Part shown: piece by piece, positions 48,431 to 59,313 of the stretch | How positions within the stretch are numbered: position 1 is the stretch's first letter | Layout: every line of letters begins with the position of its first letter | Assembly (NCBI GenBank): GCA_963727255.1 | Contig: CAVSFC010000002.1 | Location: 160,001-224,000, forward strand | Direction of reading: 5' to 3' | Length of the DNA: 64,000 bases | From: an uncultured bacterium | GTDB taxonomy: Bacteria > Babelota > Babeliae > Babelales > Vermiphilaceae | Translations under genes and position numbers: made by a program | Notes under the pieces: generated by a model | Seen by the model: the letters and a program-made list of their open reading frames with translations, nothing else | What the model was told of the DNA's origin: nothing | Database searches by the model: none

Positions 48431-48829
48431 TGGTGGAGGCGATGGGAGTCGAACCCATGTCCGCATAATATCAGATTTCAAGCACTACATGCTTAGTCTC
48501 AGCATATACGAGTTAATAAACTTCTAAGACACAGCGTAATTAACAAGGCATTTTAGTATACAAACCATGCCACAAAACTGCTAAATCTTGCATGGCGGTT
48601 CCATCTGATCTAATACGAATGAGCCAAACTGATAGACACGTCCAGCTCATAAGCGTTCACAACGCGCTTACGCGCAAGCGATAGCGGTTTGTGAAGCGAA
48701 TGCGTTATCAAAACGCATGAATGCATTGTCTGCATTTCTTCTTTTTGACTAATTGTTTAACGAGCACTTAGCCAACGCTCGGCATGCTCCCGAAATCATC
48801 AATAACACGTCGAAACCAAATACGCCCCC
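48431..48829 (-). ncRNA. ssrA: tmRNA
   Basis: 5' GGGGGCGTATTTGGTTTCGAC; 3' GGGTTCGACTCCCATCGCCTCCACCA; internal tag ORF 48733-48668; adjacent to smpB. Confidence 0.95.
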
Positions 48830-48909
48830 AAAAATTTCAAAGATTTGTATACTAATAGTAATTAGTTTTCGGCATTAAGTCAATATTTTAAAAACACCTT
48901 TTTGATACT

Positions 48910-49368
48910 TCAAAACCGGTATTTACCCCGTAATTCACGAGAAGTTTCTCGCTTAATATCCCGTTCTTTAATAGATTCTTTTTTACTTGCCGCTTTCTTA
49001 TGCTTTGCAATCCCCAGCTCAACTTTGGCAAAATTACGATCATTAAAATAGATTTTGAGCGGCACGATAGTAATGCCTTTGCGAGAAATATCACCGATGA
49101 GCCGATTAATTTCTTTCCGCTTGAGCAACAATTTGCGGCTCCGGGTTGCATCTTCTTTTTTTGCAGAGAATGCTTGAGTGTAGGGAGTGATATTGCAATT
49201 AATTAAAAATAATTGGCTATCATGCATAGTGGCAAATGAACCAATGAGTGAGACTTTTCCCGCCCGCAATGATTTTACTTCATCGCCGGTGAGCACGATT
49301 CCTGCTTCAAGCCGATCTAAAATCTCATAATCAAATAAAGCTTTTTTATTCTGTGCAACAACTTTCAT
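48910..49368 (-). CDS. smpB: SsrA-binding protein
   Basis: NKKALFDY, EAGIVLTGDEVKSLR, RSRKLLL, IKERD. Confidence 0.97.
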   Translation of the reverse strand: MKVVAQNKKALFDYEILDRLEAGIVLTGDEVKSLRAGKVSLIGSFATMHDSQLFLINCNITPYTQAFSAKKEDATRSRKLLLKRKEINRLIGDISRKGITIVPLKIYFNDRNFAKVELGIAKHKKAASKKESIKERDIKRETSRELRGKYRF

Positions 49369-49389
49369 GTTTATCCCACGTGCTCGCCC

Positions 49390-49839
49390 TTAAGACGCCG
49401 ATAAAAAATGTAAAAAAAATGGATAGGCTGCAACTGCCGCCAAAAGCCCTAAAATGTTTCCGCCGATAATAAAAGTCCATAAGGAAAGATTTGGTATTCC
49501 AAGCCGAGAAAGCTTGAGATTAAGCCAATGCATCCATGCAGGATTATACACATATAAATTCAGAGCGAAAATCCGCTCAACAATAAATTTGCCAACAGCA
49601 TAATCGGCCATATACAGCGGAATCATGGTAAAAGGATTATTAACAATATGTGTTACGGCATAAACAACCGCAACATTCAAACGCAATGCCCAGGCAAAAA
49701 TAATAGTTAGAAGCCAATGTATGCCTAAAAAGGGGGAAAATGCGATAAAAATGCCCACTGATGAAGCATAGGCCAATTTCTTTGGCGTACGCTCATGCAA
49801 GATCATCTTTTTCCCAAATTCGATGGCCTGTTTCATCAT
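49390..49839 (-). CDS. DUF2062-family membrane protein
   Basis: TPKKLA...GIFIAFSPFLG.H, LRLN, NPFTM..Y. Confidence 0.8.
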   Translation of the reverse strand: MMKQAIEFGKKMILHERTPKKLAYASSVGIFIAFSPFLGIHWLLTIIFAWALRLNVAVVYAVTHIVNNPFTMIPLYMADYAVGKFIVERIFALNLYVYNPAWMHWLNLKLSRLGIPNLSLWTFIIGGNILGLLAAVAAYPFFLHFLSAS

Positions 49840-49976
49840 GATTTATCCACGCCTTTTAAATCAAACCTAAGCCCTCGCAGGAAGGTGAATGTGCTTTAGG
49901 CGATTCTTATACAAAAAAATTTACTTTTGGTATAGTATACATCAAAATCAGTAACTTTAGCTATCAAGAGGCAATT

Positions 49977-50687
49977 ATGCTGATAAAAACGATTATTTTT
50001 AGTTTTTTGGGACTCATTGGTTTAGCAAATCTGCCTATGCATGCTTTTGGGGAAAAAAGCCTTTTTTTTGGGAGTATTTTCTTTCCAAGTACCCTTGAAA
50101 TGGTTCCCAGCATCCGGGTCTACTATGCCGGACGCAAAATAGTATGCGAGACGGATGATTGTGGCAAAAAGATCACTTTCTCTATCCCTGAACATAAGCA
50201 GCGCACTTTCTTCTTTATGCTTATTACTCCCGAAATAGAATTTTGCAGCCATGAAAATACGGTGCCCTTCTTAAAACTTAAAAAGAGCGCCCCCTATAAA
50301 TTTTTTGTGATGGAGCTGATCCAAGTAGAAGCTCCAAAGAAAAAAAAGAAACCTTGGTCAAATCCGTTTGAAAAAAACATGGAATATACCTGGTCAATCA
50401 GGCAGCTTGATCTTCAATTGCCAGATAGTCGAATTCCTGATGAAACAGTTATAGTCCAGTATCATCCTGATTATGTGCAAGCTCTTGAAGGGGGAAATAA
50501 TATTGAGTTTCCAAAAATTATCATCAAGCCAGATATTCTCAAATTAGTCGGATCAGAAGCAAAGCTGCATGAACTTTCCAATCGCTGGTTTTTGGCGGCG
50601 CTCAATACCGATACTATCCATGAAACCGCGCCGGCAGAAATTCGTATCACCCCTCAATCCAAAACTATATTGGCAATGGCAGCATGA
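49977..50687 (+). CDS. Hypothetical exported protein
   Basis: GAGG RBS, signal-like N-terminus, 236-aa ORF. Confidence 0.65.
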   Translation: MLIKTIIFSFLGLIGLANLPMHAFGEKSLFFGSIFFPSTLEMVPSIRVYYAGRKIVCETDDCGKKITFSIPEHKQRTFFFMLITPEIEFCSHENTVPFLKLKKSAPYKFFVMELIQVEAPKKKKKPWSNPFEKNMEYTWSIRQLDLQLPDSRIPDETVIVQYHPDYVQALEGGNNIEFPKIIIKPDILKLVGSEAKLHELSNRWFLAALNTDTIHETAPAEIRITPQSKTILAMAA

Positions 50688-50766
50688 CCCTTCGAGATGT
50701 CCTCCGGACTCCTCAGGACGAGCGGAATATTTTACTTTCTCGTTCGTATTGAGCAGTCGAACCATG
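50688..50766. repeat. Palindromic intergenic repeat (REP/MITE-like)
   Basis: CCCTTCGAGA...CCTCAGGACGAGCGG / CTCGTTCGTATTGAG..GTCGAACCA. Confidence 0.6.
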
Positions 50767-50780
50767 AATTAGGAAAAATT

Positions 50781-51803
50781 ATGGCACGCATAACATTAGG
50801 CATTGAGACTTCATGTGATGAAACTGCAGCAGCGGTCTATCATGAACAAAAAGGAGTACTTTCAAATGTACTCTTCTCGCAAATCTCATCGCATGTAGAA
50901 TTTGGAGGAGTTCTACCGGAAGTAGCATCACGAAGACAGCTTGAAAAAATCAATACAATAATCGAAGAAACTCTTTCGGTTGCGGGAATTGAACTTAGGG
51001 ATATCGATGTTATTGCAGTTACTCACAAACCTGGATTACCTGGCTCTTTGCTTGCTGGCGTTTGTTTTGCAAAAGGTTTAGCTTTTGCAAGCGGGAAAAA
51101 ACTTATTGGCATTAATCATCTTGAAGGTCATGCATTTTCACCATTAATTGAACACAGAGTACCTTTTCCTCATCTTTCATTGACGGCATCAGGCGGGCAC
51201 ACCGCGCTTTATCTCATTGAGGATTTTGGAGTTTATACATTATTAGGCGAAACCATTGATGATGCGGCAGGTGAAGCCTTTGATAAAATCGCACGCTTTA
51301 TGCACTATGAATACCCAGGCGGTCCAAAAATTGAAAGTCTTGCTAGACAAGCAAACTTTAAGGATTACTTTCATTATCCGCGACCTATGAATAAAGGTCT
51401 CACGTTCAGCTTTTCTGGGTTAAAAACCGCAGTACTTTATGATTTGATAAAAAGAAACGCATTTGATATGACCACCAAAACATTTCTTAAAAAAGAGGAT
51501 GATGTACTTAAACAGCAAATCGCTAGTTCTGTTTTAGTATGCGTAAATGATATTTTTATTAATAAAATTAAACAGGCACTTGAACAATTTCCACAAGTAA
51601 AGGCCATAACATTTGCAGGTGGAGTAGCATGTAATAAGTTTATTAAACAGAGCTTTCAAGAATTTGCAAACAAACACAATATAACTTTCTTTGCCCCGTC
51701 TCCCCAATATTGCACCGATAATGGCGCCATGATAGCATTTGTGGGCAATTATAAGGCTGAACAAGGCAAATACTCAAATTTCGATCTGGATATTTTGCGT
51801 TAA
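50781..51803 (+). CDS. tsaD: tRNA N6-adenosine threonylcarbamoyltransferase
   Basis: LGIETSCDET, GGVLPEVASR, HLEGH, SGGHT, DDAAGEAFDK, TDNGAMIA. Confidence 0.97.
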   Translation: MARITLGIETSCDETAAAVYHEQKGVLSNVLFSQISSHVEFGGVLPEVASRRQLEKINTIIEETLSVAGIELRDIDVIAVTHKPGLPGSLLAGVCFAKGLAFASGKKLIGINHLEGHAFSPLIEHRVPFPHLSLTASGGHTALYLIEDFGVYTLLGETIDDAAGEAFDKIARFMHYEYPGGPKIESLARQANFKDYFHYPRPMNKGLTFSFSGLKTAVLYDLIKRNAFDMTTKTFLKKEDDVLKQQIASSVLVCVNDIFINKIKQALEQFPQVKAITFAGGVACNKFIKQSFQEFANKHNITFFAPSPQYCTDNGAMIAFVGNYKAEQGKYSNFDLDILR

Positions 51804-51819
51804 TTTAAGCGACTTGTGA

Positions 51820-53465
51820 TTAAGGGTTCGAAGAACCGTTTGAGCCCGGCCCGGTCTTTTTATTAATCGCTTCTAAGAATTCACGATTAGTTTTAGATTT
51901 TTTCATCTTATCAATTAAAAATTCCATACCTTCGATGGTATTCATAGTTGCCAAGAATTTCTGCAATACCCAAACTTTATTCAAATCATCTTCAGGAAGC
52001 AAGAAGATCTTCACGGCGAGTTCCAGACATCAACAGATCAAATGATGGATAAATACGGCGATTAGAAAGTTTACGAGTCATATGCATTTCCATATTACCC
52101 GTACCTTTAAACTCTTCGTAAATCACTTCATCCATACGAGAACCGGTTTCAACAAGCGCAGAAGCAATAATAGTTAATGAACCACCTTCTTCAGTATTAC
52201 GCGCAGCACCAAAGAATCGTTTTGGGCCCGTGAGCGCATTGGCATCAATACCACCGGTCAATATTTTACCCGATGCAGGAGCCATGGTGTTATATGCACG
52301 CGCTAAACGAGTAATGGAATCAAGAATAATCACTACATCTTTGCCTGCTTCAACCAAACGTTTTGATTTTTCAAGAACAATTTCTGCAACTTGAACATGC
52401 CGATCAGCCGATTCATCAAACGTAGAGCTAATTACTTCAGCCGATGAGCCGCGCACCGTGCGCTTCATATCAGCAACTTCTTCAGGCCGTTCATCAACGA
52501 GCAAGATAATAACGACTGCTTCAGGATGATTGGCGATCATCGCTTTGGCAATCTCTTTGAGCAACATCGTTTTACCCACTTTTGGTGGCGCAACAATTAA
52601 CGCACGTTGACCTTTACCAACAGGGGTAAAAAGATCCATGATACGTGTTGAAATGCAATTTGGATCATATTCAAGATTAAATTTTTTATTAGGATGCAAT
52701 GGTGATAATCGATCAAAATTAGGACGATCAGCCGCCAAGGCAGGATCTTCATAGTTAACTTTTGAAACTTTAAGAAGCGCAAAATATTTTTCGCCTTCTT
52801 TTGGCTTACGAATAACGCCTGCAATCGTATCGCCGGTTCTCAAGTTAAAACGGCGAATTTGCGAAGGAGAAACATAGACATCATCCGGACCAGAAACATA
52901 ATCATAGTGTGCAGAACGCAAAAATCCAAATCCATCTGGCAATTTTTCTAAAACGCCTTCAACTTCAATTTCAAAATCCGGATGCGCTTCAACATACTTT
53001 AATACGTTCAATTAATGCGGTTTTATTTAATAAACTTGCGCCAACAATACCCAATCGGCGCGCATACATATTAAGATCGGCAACCGTAAGTTCTTCAAGC
53101 GGAATCGGCTGGCGAGGTTTTTGCTCACGATAGGAATTATATTCCCTTGGCTGTTGCCTTTCGGTTGAAGTTTTAGGGAAATCGGGAGTCTCTGGGCGTT
53201 GTGCAGATTCTTTTTGTTCACGTTGCTCACGCGATTGCTCTGCGCTTTCACGGGCAGGTTGCGGTTGCCGCGTATAGGTGCGCCGTTCAGTGGTACGCAC
53301 ATACGGGCGCGGTGAACGGGCAGGCCGCTCATCTTGGGGAGTCTGTTGCGGTGATTCCGTTGCAACTTCTGTTGCTTTAGGCTCAGCGTCAACTTCTTTA
53401 GGTGATGATGTATCTTGCTCTTGTTCTGGAGCAGGCAACTTTATTTTTGGATCTTGATCGTTCAT
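51820..53465 (-). CDS. rho: Transcription termination factor Rho with long charged N-terminal extension (frameshifts near 53000 and 52000)
   Basis: [54 protein letters not shown] across three ORFs. Confidence 0.96.
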
Positions 53466-53720
53466 CAAAATCTCCTTAAAACACGTAAATCGGAACAAAA
53501 AGAAATCATAAATATAAACTCCGTCTAAATTTTTTGATATTTTTGAAAATTAAAATGAGCAAGGCTAATTATTTAAAACAACAGACGATTATGCTCAAAA
53601 TAGCATAAGAAAGAGCAAATCTGAATAATAATTTCTACTAGAAACATTTTATCACAGCCTGCTATTTATTTTCAAGTAATTTGCCGCAAAAGGCAAAAAA
53701 GGCTTATTTAAAAAGCTTTT

Positions 53721-54608
53721 TTATTTGTCTTCTCTATAGAGCATCATCATAACTGGGCTTGCTATATAAATAGAAGAATATGTACCAAATACTATTCCAA
53801 CCAGCAACGCCAAGGAGAAATCTCTGAGTGCTTCCCCGCCAAAAAAGAGCATTGAGCAAACGGTCAAAGCAGTTGCAAAGCTTGTTAAAACACTGCGGCG
53901 CAAAGTCTTATTAATACTCACATTAACAATTTCATGTAAAGATGCGCCTTTCATCTTGTGCAAATTATCACGAATTCTACTGAAAATAACAATAGTATCA
54001 TTTATTGAGTAACCAATTACCGCAAAAATCACGCCGATAACATTGATTGAAATTTCACGATCAAACATCAAGAAAATGCCCAAAATTGCCATAGGATCGT
54101 GAATTAAGGCAACAATAGCACCCGCCGCAAAGGCAAATGACCAAAATCGAACGGCTATATAAATCAAAATGGCAAGCAATGCAATTAATACCGCCCAGAA
54201 GAAATTCCAGCGTAAGCTTTCGCCAACTCCAGGCCCAACGGCTTCACTTTGCAAAATTGATACTGGATTATCAGGAATTTCAGCTTGGATCGCACCGCGC
54301 ATACGGTCAGCAAGCCCTTTGGCATCATTAGAGAATTCGCTCACCCGAACCAAAACTTCTTCAGGAGTAGAAAACTCACGGGTAATCGGATTTTTCCAGC
54401 CATTTTTTTCTAAAATATCTTTAAGATGGCAAACACTTACCGGTTTTTCAAATTTAAGAAGAACCTGTGTTCCGCCCGTGAAATCTACACTGTAAACAAA
54501 GGTATAGCCTCTGGTTTGCCATTTATAGATGTAAACACCCAAGGAGGCAAAGAGAAACAAAGTACTAAAAATGCCACAGACCAAACGATATTTTAAAAAA
54601 TTAATCAT
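53721..54608 (-). CDS. secF: Protein translocase subunit SecF
   Basis: DFTGG, VGPGVG, ALIHD, GYSINDTIVIFSRIR, GTYSSIYIA. Confidence 0.95.
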   Translation of the reverse strand: MINFLKYRLVCGIFSTLFLFASLGVYIYKWQTRGYTFVYSVDFTGGTQVLLKFEKPVSVCHLKDILEKNGWKNPITREFSTPEEVLVRVSEFSNDAKGLADRMRGAIQAEIPDNPVSILQSEAVGPGVGESLRWNFFWAVLIALLAILIYIAVRFWSFAFAAGAIVALIHDPMAILGIFLMFDREISINVIGVIFAVIGYSINDTIVIFSRIRDNLHKMKGASLHEIVNVSINKTLRRSVLTSFATALTVCSMLFFGGEALRDFSLALLVGIVFGTYSSIYIASPVMMMLYREDK

Positions 54609-54702
54609 TACGCTCTCCGAATTAGCACATTTCTAAGTTGGCTGCATTCATACGATATTCTTGGTACCCAAAGAGAGAATTCTCTTCGGCTTAGATAAAA
54701 AA

Positions 54703-54960
54703 TTAAGATACTGGAACAATTGAGATATACTTGCGACCCTTAGGTCCAAAATGAAATTTGATCAATCCCGGAGCCATTGCAAAAAGGGTATAATCTGTCC
54801 CCTTGCCAACATGCTTTCCAGGATGAAATTTGGTGCCGCGCTGTCTGACGATAATTTCGCCACCAGTCACCACTTGACCATCAAAAAGCTTTACACCTAA
54901 CCGTTTACTTTGGCTATCGCGATTATTCTGCGTCGATCCACCGGTTTTACTCGTTGCCAT
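54703..54960 (-). CDS. rpmA: 50S ribosomal protein L27
   Basis: [37 protein letters not shown]. Confidence 0.95.
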   Translation of the reverse strand: MATSKTGGSTQNNRDSQSKRLGVKLFDGQVVTGGEIIVRQRGTKFHPGKHVGKGTDYTLFAMAPGLIKFHFGPKGRKYISIVPVS

Positions 54961-55167
54961 CGCAATCCTTACAAAAGCATTAAAATTATGAATTATTACT
55001 ATAAAAGACAAGATTATTATTATGGTTCTAGTATGAATATTCAGATAAAAAAGTCAATATCCAGTTTACAAAATTTAAAAAAAGGGTATTATTTTAGATA
55101 GAAATTTATTTTATCTCAGGATGTGCCGAAAAGCCCTTCCCAGAATGATTCTTGATATGGAGGTCAT

Positions 55168-55869
55168 GTGAAATCAGTAAAAATTCTAGTAATGCTCTTA
55201 TTTGGCATTATTCCTGCCATACACGCACTATCCCCCAATAAAGCCCCCTTGGCAAAAGTAGCTTCAGAGTGTGTTGCCAGCAAACCGCTTATAGAAGCTG
55301 CTCAAAAAGGGCAGATCGATAAAATTAAAAGAATGATCAATGCAGCAAATATCGATTGCGGCAACTCAAATGGAGTAACTCCGCTTATGTTTGCTACCTA
55401 TCATGGCCACACCCCGATAGTCTTGTTTCTTATTGGTAAACGGGCAAACATCAACCTCGTCACGAACAATAACCAAGATTTTAACCTAGGAAAACTATTA
55501 TCAAATAGGAATAAAGGCTCGACGGCACTTATGCTGGCTGCTTATGCGGGAAAACTTGAGATTGTTGTAGCTTTGCTCAAGGCTGGGGCAAAAGTTAATG
55601 CCCAGGATAGTGACGGGCAAACGGCCCTGATGTATGCAATTTTAGGCGATCCAAATTGGCCCAATCGCCCTCTCGCAGAAAATCGTAAAAAGATAATTGC
55701 GGCATTGCTCGAATTTGGTGCTGATACAAGTTTAGCTGATACTAATGGCCTTGATGCGGCATATTATTATTCCCATGTTGCAGGCCTCGTTCCCACATTT
55801 GATGACCGTTATGAGAAAGACCATGAATTGGCTAATCAAGATCCGCTGTATCGTGGAATGCAAAGTTAA
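55168..55869 (+). CDS. Secreted ankyrin-repeat protein
   Basis: GVTPLMFA, GSTALMLAA, DGQTALMYA; GGAGG RBS; signal peptide. Confidence 0.9.
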   Translation: MKSVKILVMLLFGIIPAIHALSPNKAPLAKVASECVASKPLIEAAQKGQIDKIKRMINAANIDCGNSNGVTPLMFATYHGHTPIVLFLIGKRANINLVTNNNQDFNLGKLLSNRNKGSTALMLAAYAGKLEIVVALLKAGAKVNAQDSDGQTALMYAILGDPNWPNRPLAENRKKIIAALLEFGADTSLADTNGLDAAYYYSHVAGLVPTFDDRYEKDHELANQDPLYRGMQS

Positions 55870-56284
55870 AAAGAAATTTTTTCCGCAATCTTTTTCATAA
55901 GAGCATAATGTTCGATCGCGCGATAAGCCACATCTTCTGCAATTTCATTATCATATGTATGCACAGAAAGATTTCGATCATCTGTCATTTCAAGCGCTTC
56001 TGCTAATTCTTTAGCTCTAGCAATTTCTGAACCCGGGCTTCTTGAAAAACTTTTTTTGGGGAATTGAGTAAAATTCCAAATTTATACTCAAGTAAGTCTT
56101 TTAAATTTTTCCAAAGCAAATCAAAACTCAATTCAAATCTCTTGATTATCGAATCCCTATAGGCAACTATTTATTCCATAGACACAGCAGATTGTTTTTT
56201 AGTGTTTTGCAAAAGATCAATACTGCTATGAAACTGTTTTAAAGATTTTTCTAAATCTTCTCGCCTCTCCATCATTCTTTCCAT
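55866..56284 (-). pseudogene. HEPN (HI0074-like) toxin, disrupted by an in-frame TAA and a frameshift
   Basis: Manual translation: MERMMERRED...SME*IVAYRDSIIKRFELSFDLLWK...SPKKVFQEA/(fs)...DDRNLSVHTYD; contains the R-X4-H motif. Confidence 0.8.
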
Positions 56285-56574
56285 ACAATTCCCTCATTGA
56301 GAACAGAGGCCCTTAACTTTTCTGGCACTCTATTGAGATCAACAATATCTATTTTATGTAGAATATTTACTGCTTCCAAGACATTATACGCTTGCGCCAA
56401 CTCAGAAAGATCAAATTTCCTTCCCATATCAAGTGCAAGATCAACATCGGAAACATCTTTATAAATACCTTTAGCTCGTGACCCGAATAGGTATATTTTT
56501 ACGCCCGGCAACAATGCACTTAACATGCGAATTATTAAATCTTTTTGTTTAATACCGCCCGAAATATCTTTCAT
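56272..56574 (-). CDS. Minimal nucleotidyltransferase (MNT) antitoxin
   Basis: IYLFGSRAKGIYKDVSDVD = GS-X10-DXD; KIDIVDL. Confidence 0.9.
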   Translation of the reverse strand: MKDISGGIKQKDLIIRMLSALLPGVKIYLFGSRAKGIYKDVSDVDLALDMGRKFDLSELAQAYNVLEAVNILHKIDIVDLNRVPEKLRASVLNEGIVWKE

Positions 56575-59303
56575 TTAGTTATATCCTTCCAATTTCTGCC
56601 GGTTCTAATATTCACTTCCAATGGCACATTCCATTTCACAACATTCTCAAGAACATTTTTTACCAGAGATTCAGTCGCCGTAACTTCATCTTTTGGAACT
56701 GAAATGATAAGTTCGTCATGAATTTGCAAAAGAATTTTGCCGCTCAAATGTTCCTTTTTGAGTGCTTGTTCCAGCTGAATCATGCCCAACTTCATAATTT
56801 CTGCTGCCGTGCCTTGTGAAACGGTATTGATCGCTACCCGACGCGCTTCTTCATAAAGGGCACGATTTTTTTCATGAATGGCAGGAACATATCGGCGGCG
56901 CCCCCAATGAGTGGTAACATAGCCATGATGCTTGGTATCAATAATCAACCTGCTCCATCCACGCAGAAACGCCCTGATATTGCGCAAAATATTTTTCAAT
57001 ATAATGCTTTGCATCTTTAAATGGAATCCTAAGATCTTGCGCAAGCCCGTAGGGAGTCATGCCATAGAGCACACTGAAGTTGATACGTTTTCCAATCTGA
57101 CGTTGCTCTGAGGTAACTTTATCAAGAGGCACATCGAATAAACGGGCTGCTGTTTCATTATGAATATCATGACCACTTAAAAATGCATCGATAAGATTTT
57201 TATCTTGCGATAAATAGGCAAGCACCCGCAACTCAATTTGCGAATAATCGGCGGATAAAAATACATCGCCTTCTTGCGGAATAAATGCCGCGCGAATTTC
57301 GATGCCATATCCACCTGAATCAGCAGGAATATTTTGCAAATTCGGCTCAGAACTTGAAAGCCTGCCGGTCGCAACTTGCGTTTGGCTAAACGTCGTATGA
57401 ATGCGATTGGTATGCGGATTAATATACTCAGGCAAAGCATCAATATAGGTTGATTTTAATTTTGACAGTTCGCGATATTTCATAATCAAACGCGGAACCG
57501 GATGCATCGCGCTCAACGTTTCTAACACTTCTTGATCAGTGGAATAGCCGGTTCCTTTGGCGCTCTTTTTTTGAGTCGGCAAAAGAAGTTTTACAAACAG
57601 CAGCTGCTCAACTTGCCGTGGGGAATTTAGATTGAGATCTGCCATATCCATGCCAACTAATTCGCCAATTTCGCGCTCAATATCAAGCAAGCTCTTTATC
57701 AACCTTTTTACCTAAATCTGCAAGCAATCGCGTATCAGACGGATGCCTTCAACTTCCATATCATAAAGAACATTGCGTAAGCGGATATTCGATTTTTTCA
57801 TAAAGTTCCAAGAGCTTTTCATTCTTAAGTTCTTTTTCTAAGCAGTTGCTTTAACCTAAAGGTTTGATGCGCATCAGCGGCAGCATACCGCGTTGCTAGA
57901 TCAAGTGGCACATATGAAAAATCTTTATATTTATTATCTTTGACTACTTCTTGGAAGCTCAGCATCGGCTCACCAAAATAATGCTCAGAAAGATATTTGA
58001 GCCCAATGCGCTGCCAATCTTTAGTAATCAAATTTGCGGCCAGCAAGCGTATCAAAAATAAGCCTTTTACCTCAAGGCCAATTCCATGCAACGCTTCAAG
58101 ATCAAATTTAGCGCTATGGAAAATCTTTTTGATACTTTCATCTTCAAAAATCGGGCGTAGCTTTTCAACCACATAATCTTGCGAAAGTTGCTGCATATTT
58201 TTATGGCCGAAGGGCAAATAATAAGCAGTGCCTTCTTGCACGCACAGTGAAATTCCAACACAGGTATTGCGAATCAGCGGATTCATGCCATTGGTTTCTG
58301 TATCTATTGCAACCAGCTTTTTCTGTTTAATTAATCCGCACAAATTATCCAAGTTGATCGGTGCTCACAATAGTAATAAATTCATAATCAACCATTTTTT
58401 CAGCAACCGAGGGCTTGATCCCTTTTTCAACCTGCTCCATTGCATCAATATCTTTAAGCAATGTTTTAAAATCAAGCTCTGTAAAGAGAGGCCGCGCATT
58501 AACCCAATTATGTTCATCAAATGCAGATCTTGAGTGGTAAGCCCCGATGGATGATATTGCAATAAAAATAATTGATAACTCAAAAATGCATTATCTTTAT
58601 TTGCAAGTAATGCATTACGCATGCGATCTTTAGAAACTTTATCAAGATTTTCATAGAGATCTTCCAGAGATGAAAATTGATGCACAAGTTCTAATGCCCC
58701 TTTATCCCCAATTCCTTTAACGCCGGGAATATTATCCGAAGTATCCCCTAAAATCGCAAAATAAAATGGGCAGTTTTGCAATCGGCAAACCCATTTTTTC
58801 TTCAAACGCTTTTTGATTAAGGATACTATCTTTCCATGGATCAAAAATAACTAACCGATCATCATCAATTGCTTGCCCCATATCCTTATCTGAAGTAATC
58901 AGCACCACGGTATTGCCCAAGGCTTTTTTGCTCTTGCGCAATAGAATACATAATATCATCTGCCTCGATGCCTTGCTGAGCCACTTGCTTCATGCCAATC
59001 AGCATCAGCAAATTCCACAATATATTTTTTTTGTTCAAATATATCGCTGGGCGGCGCTTGACGCGTTGCCTTATAATTCTCATACATTTCATGGCGGGTG
59101 GTTTTGCCCTTGCTATCCCAAACAATGGCAATATGCTGCGGGCGGAACGTATCGATTAATTTTCTGATCATGCGTGCAAAACTATAAACTGCTTGTACCG
59201 GTATTCCTTTGGCCGTATGCAAGGGACGCACGCCATAATATGCCCGATATAAAAATGATGAGCCATCGATGAGAAATACAGTTTTTTTAGGATCAAAATT
59301 CAT
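56571..59303 (-). CDS. polA: DNA polymerase I (5'-3' exo, 3'-5' exo, polymerase); multiple frameshifts
   Basis: LIDGSSFLYRAYY, EADD, GDTSDNIPGVKGIG, AIDTET, TGRLSSSEPNLQNIP, ADYSQIELR, QIHDEL across several ORF fragments. Confidence 0.95.
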
Positions 59304-59313
59304 GGCGTTCACC

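Noticed and set aside
48431..48465. Separate tRNA gene
   Set aside because: The T-arm and CCA belong to the tRNA-like domain of tmRNA.
49843..49851. DnaA box or oriC (TTATCCACG)
   Set aside because: Single imperfect box, no cluster and no dnaA context.
50697..50780. N-terminal extension of TsaD
   Set aside because: It is the palindromic repeat read in frame; an AGGA RBS precedes ATG 50781.
54961..55011. Prp-cleaved N-terminal extension of L27
   Set aside because: An AAGGA RBS precedes ATG 54960, and the extension lacks the LQFFA-type cleavage motif.
56170..56174. Stop-codon reassignment suggested by in-frame TAA in HEPN
   Set aside because: TAA ends many genes in this window, so this is an isolated event.
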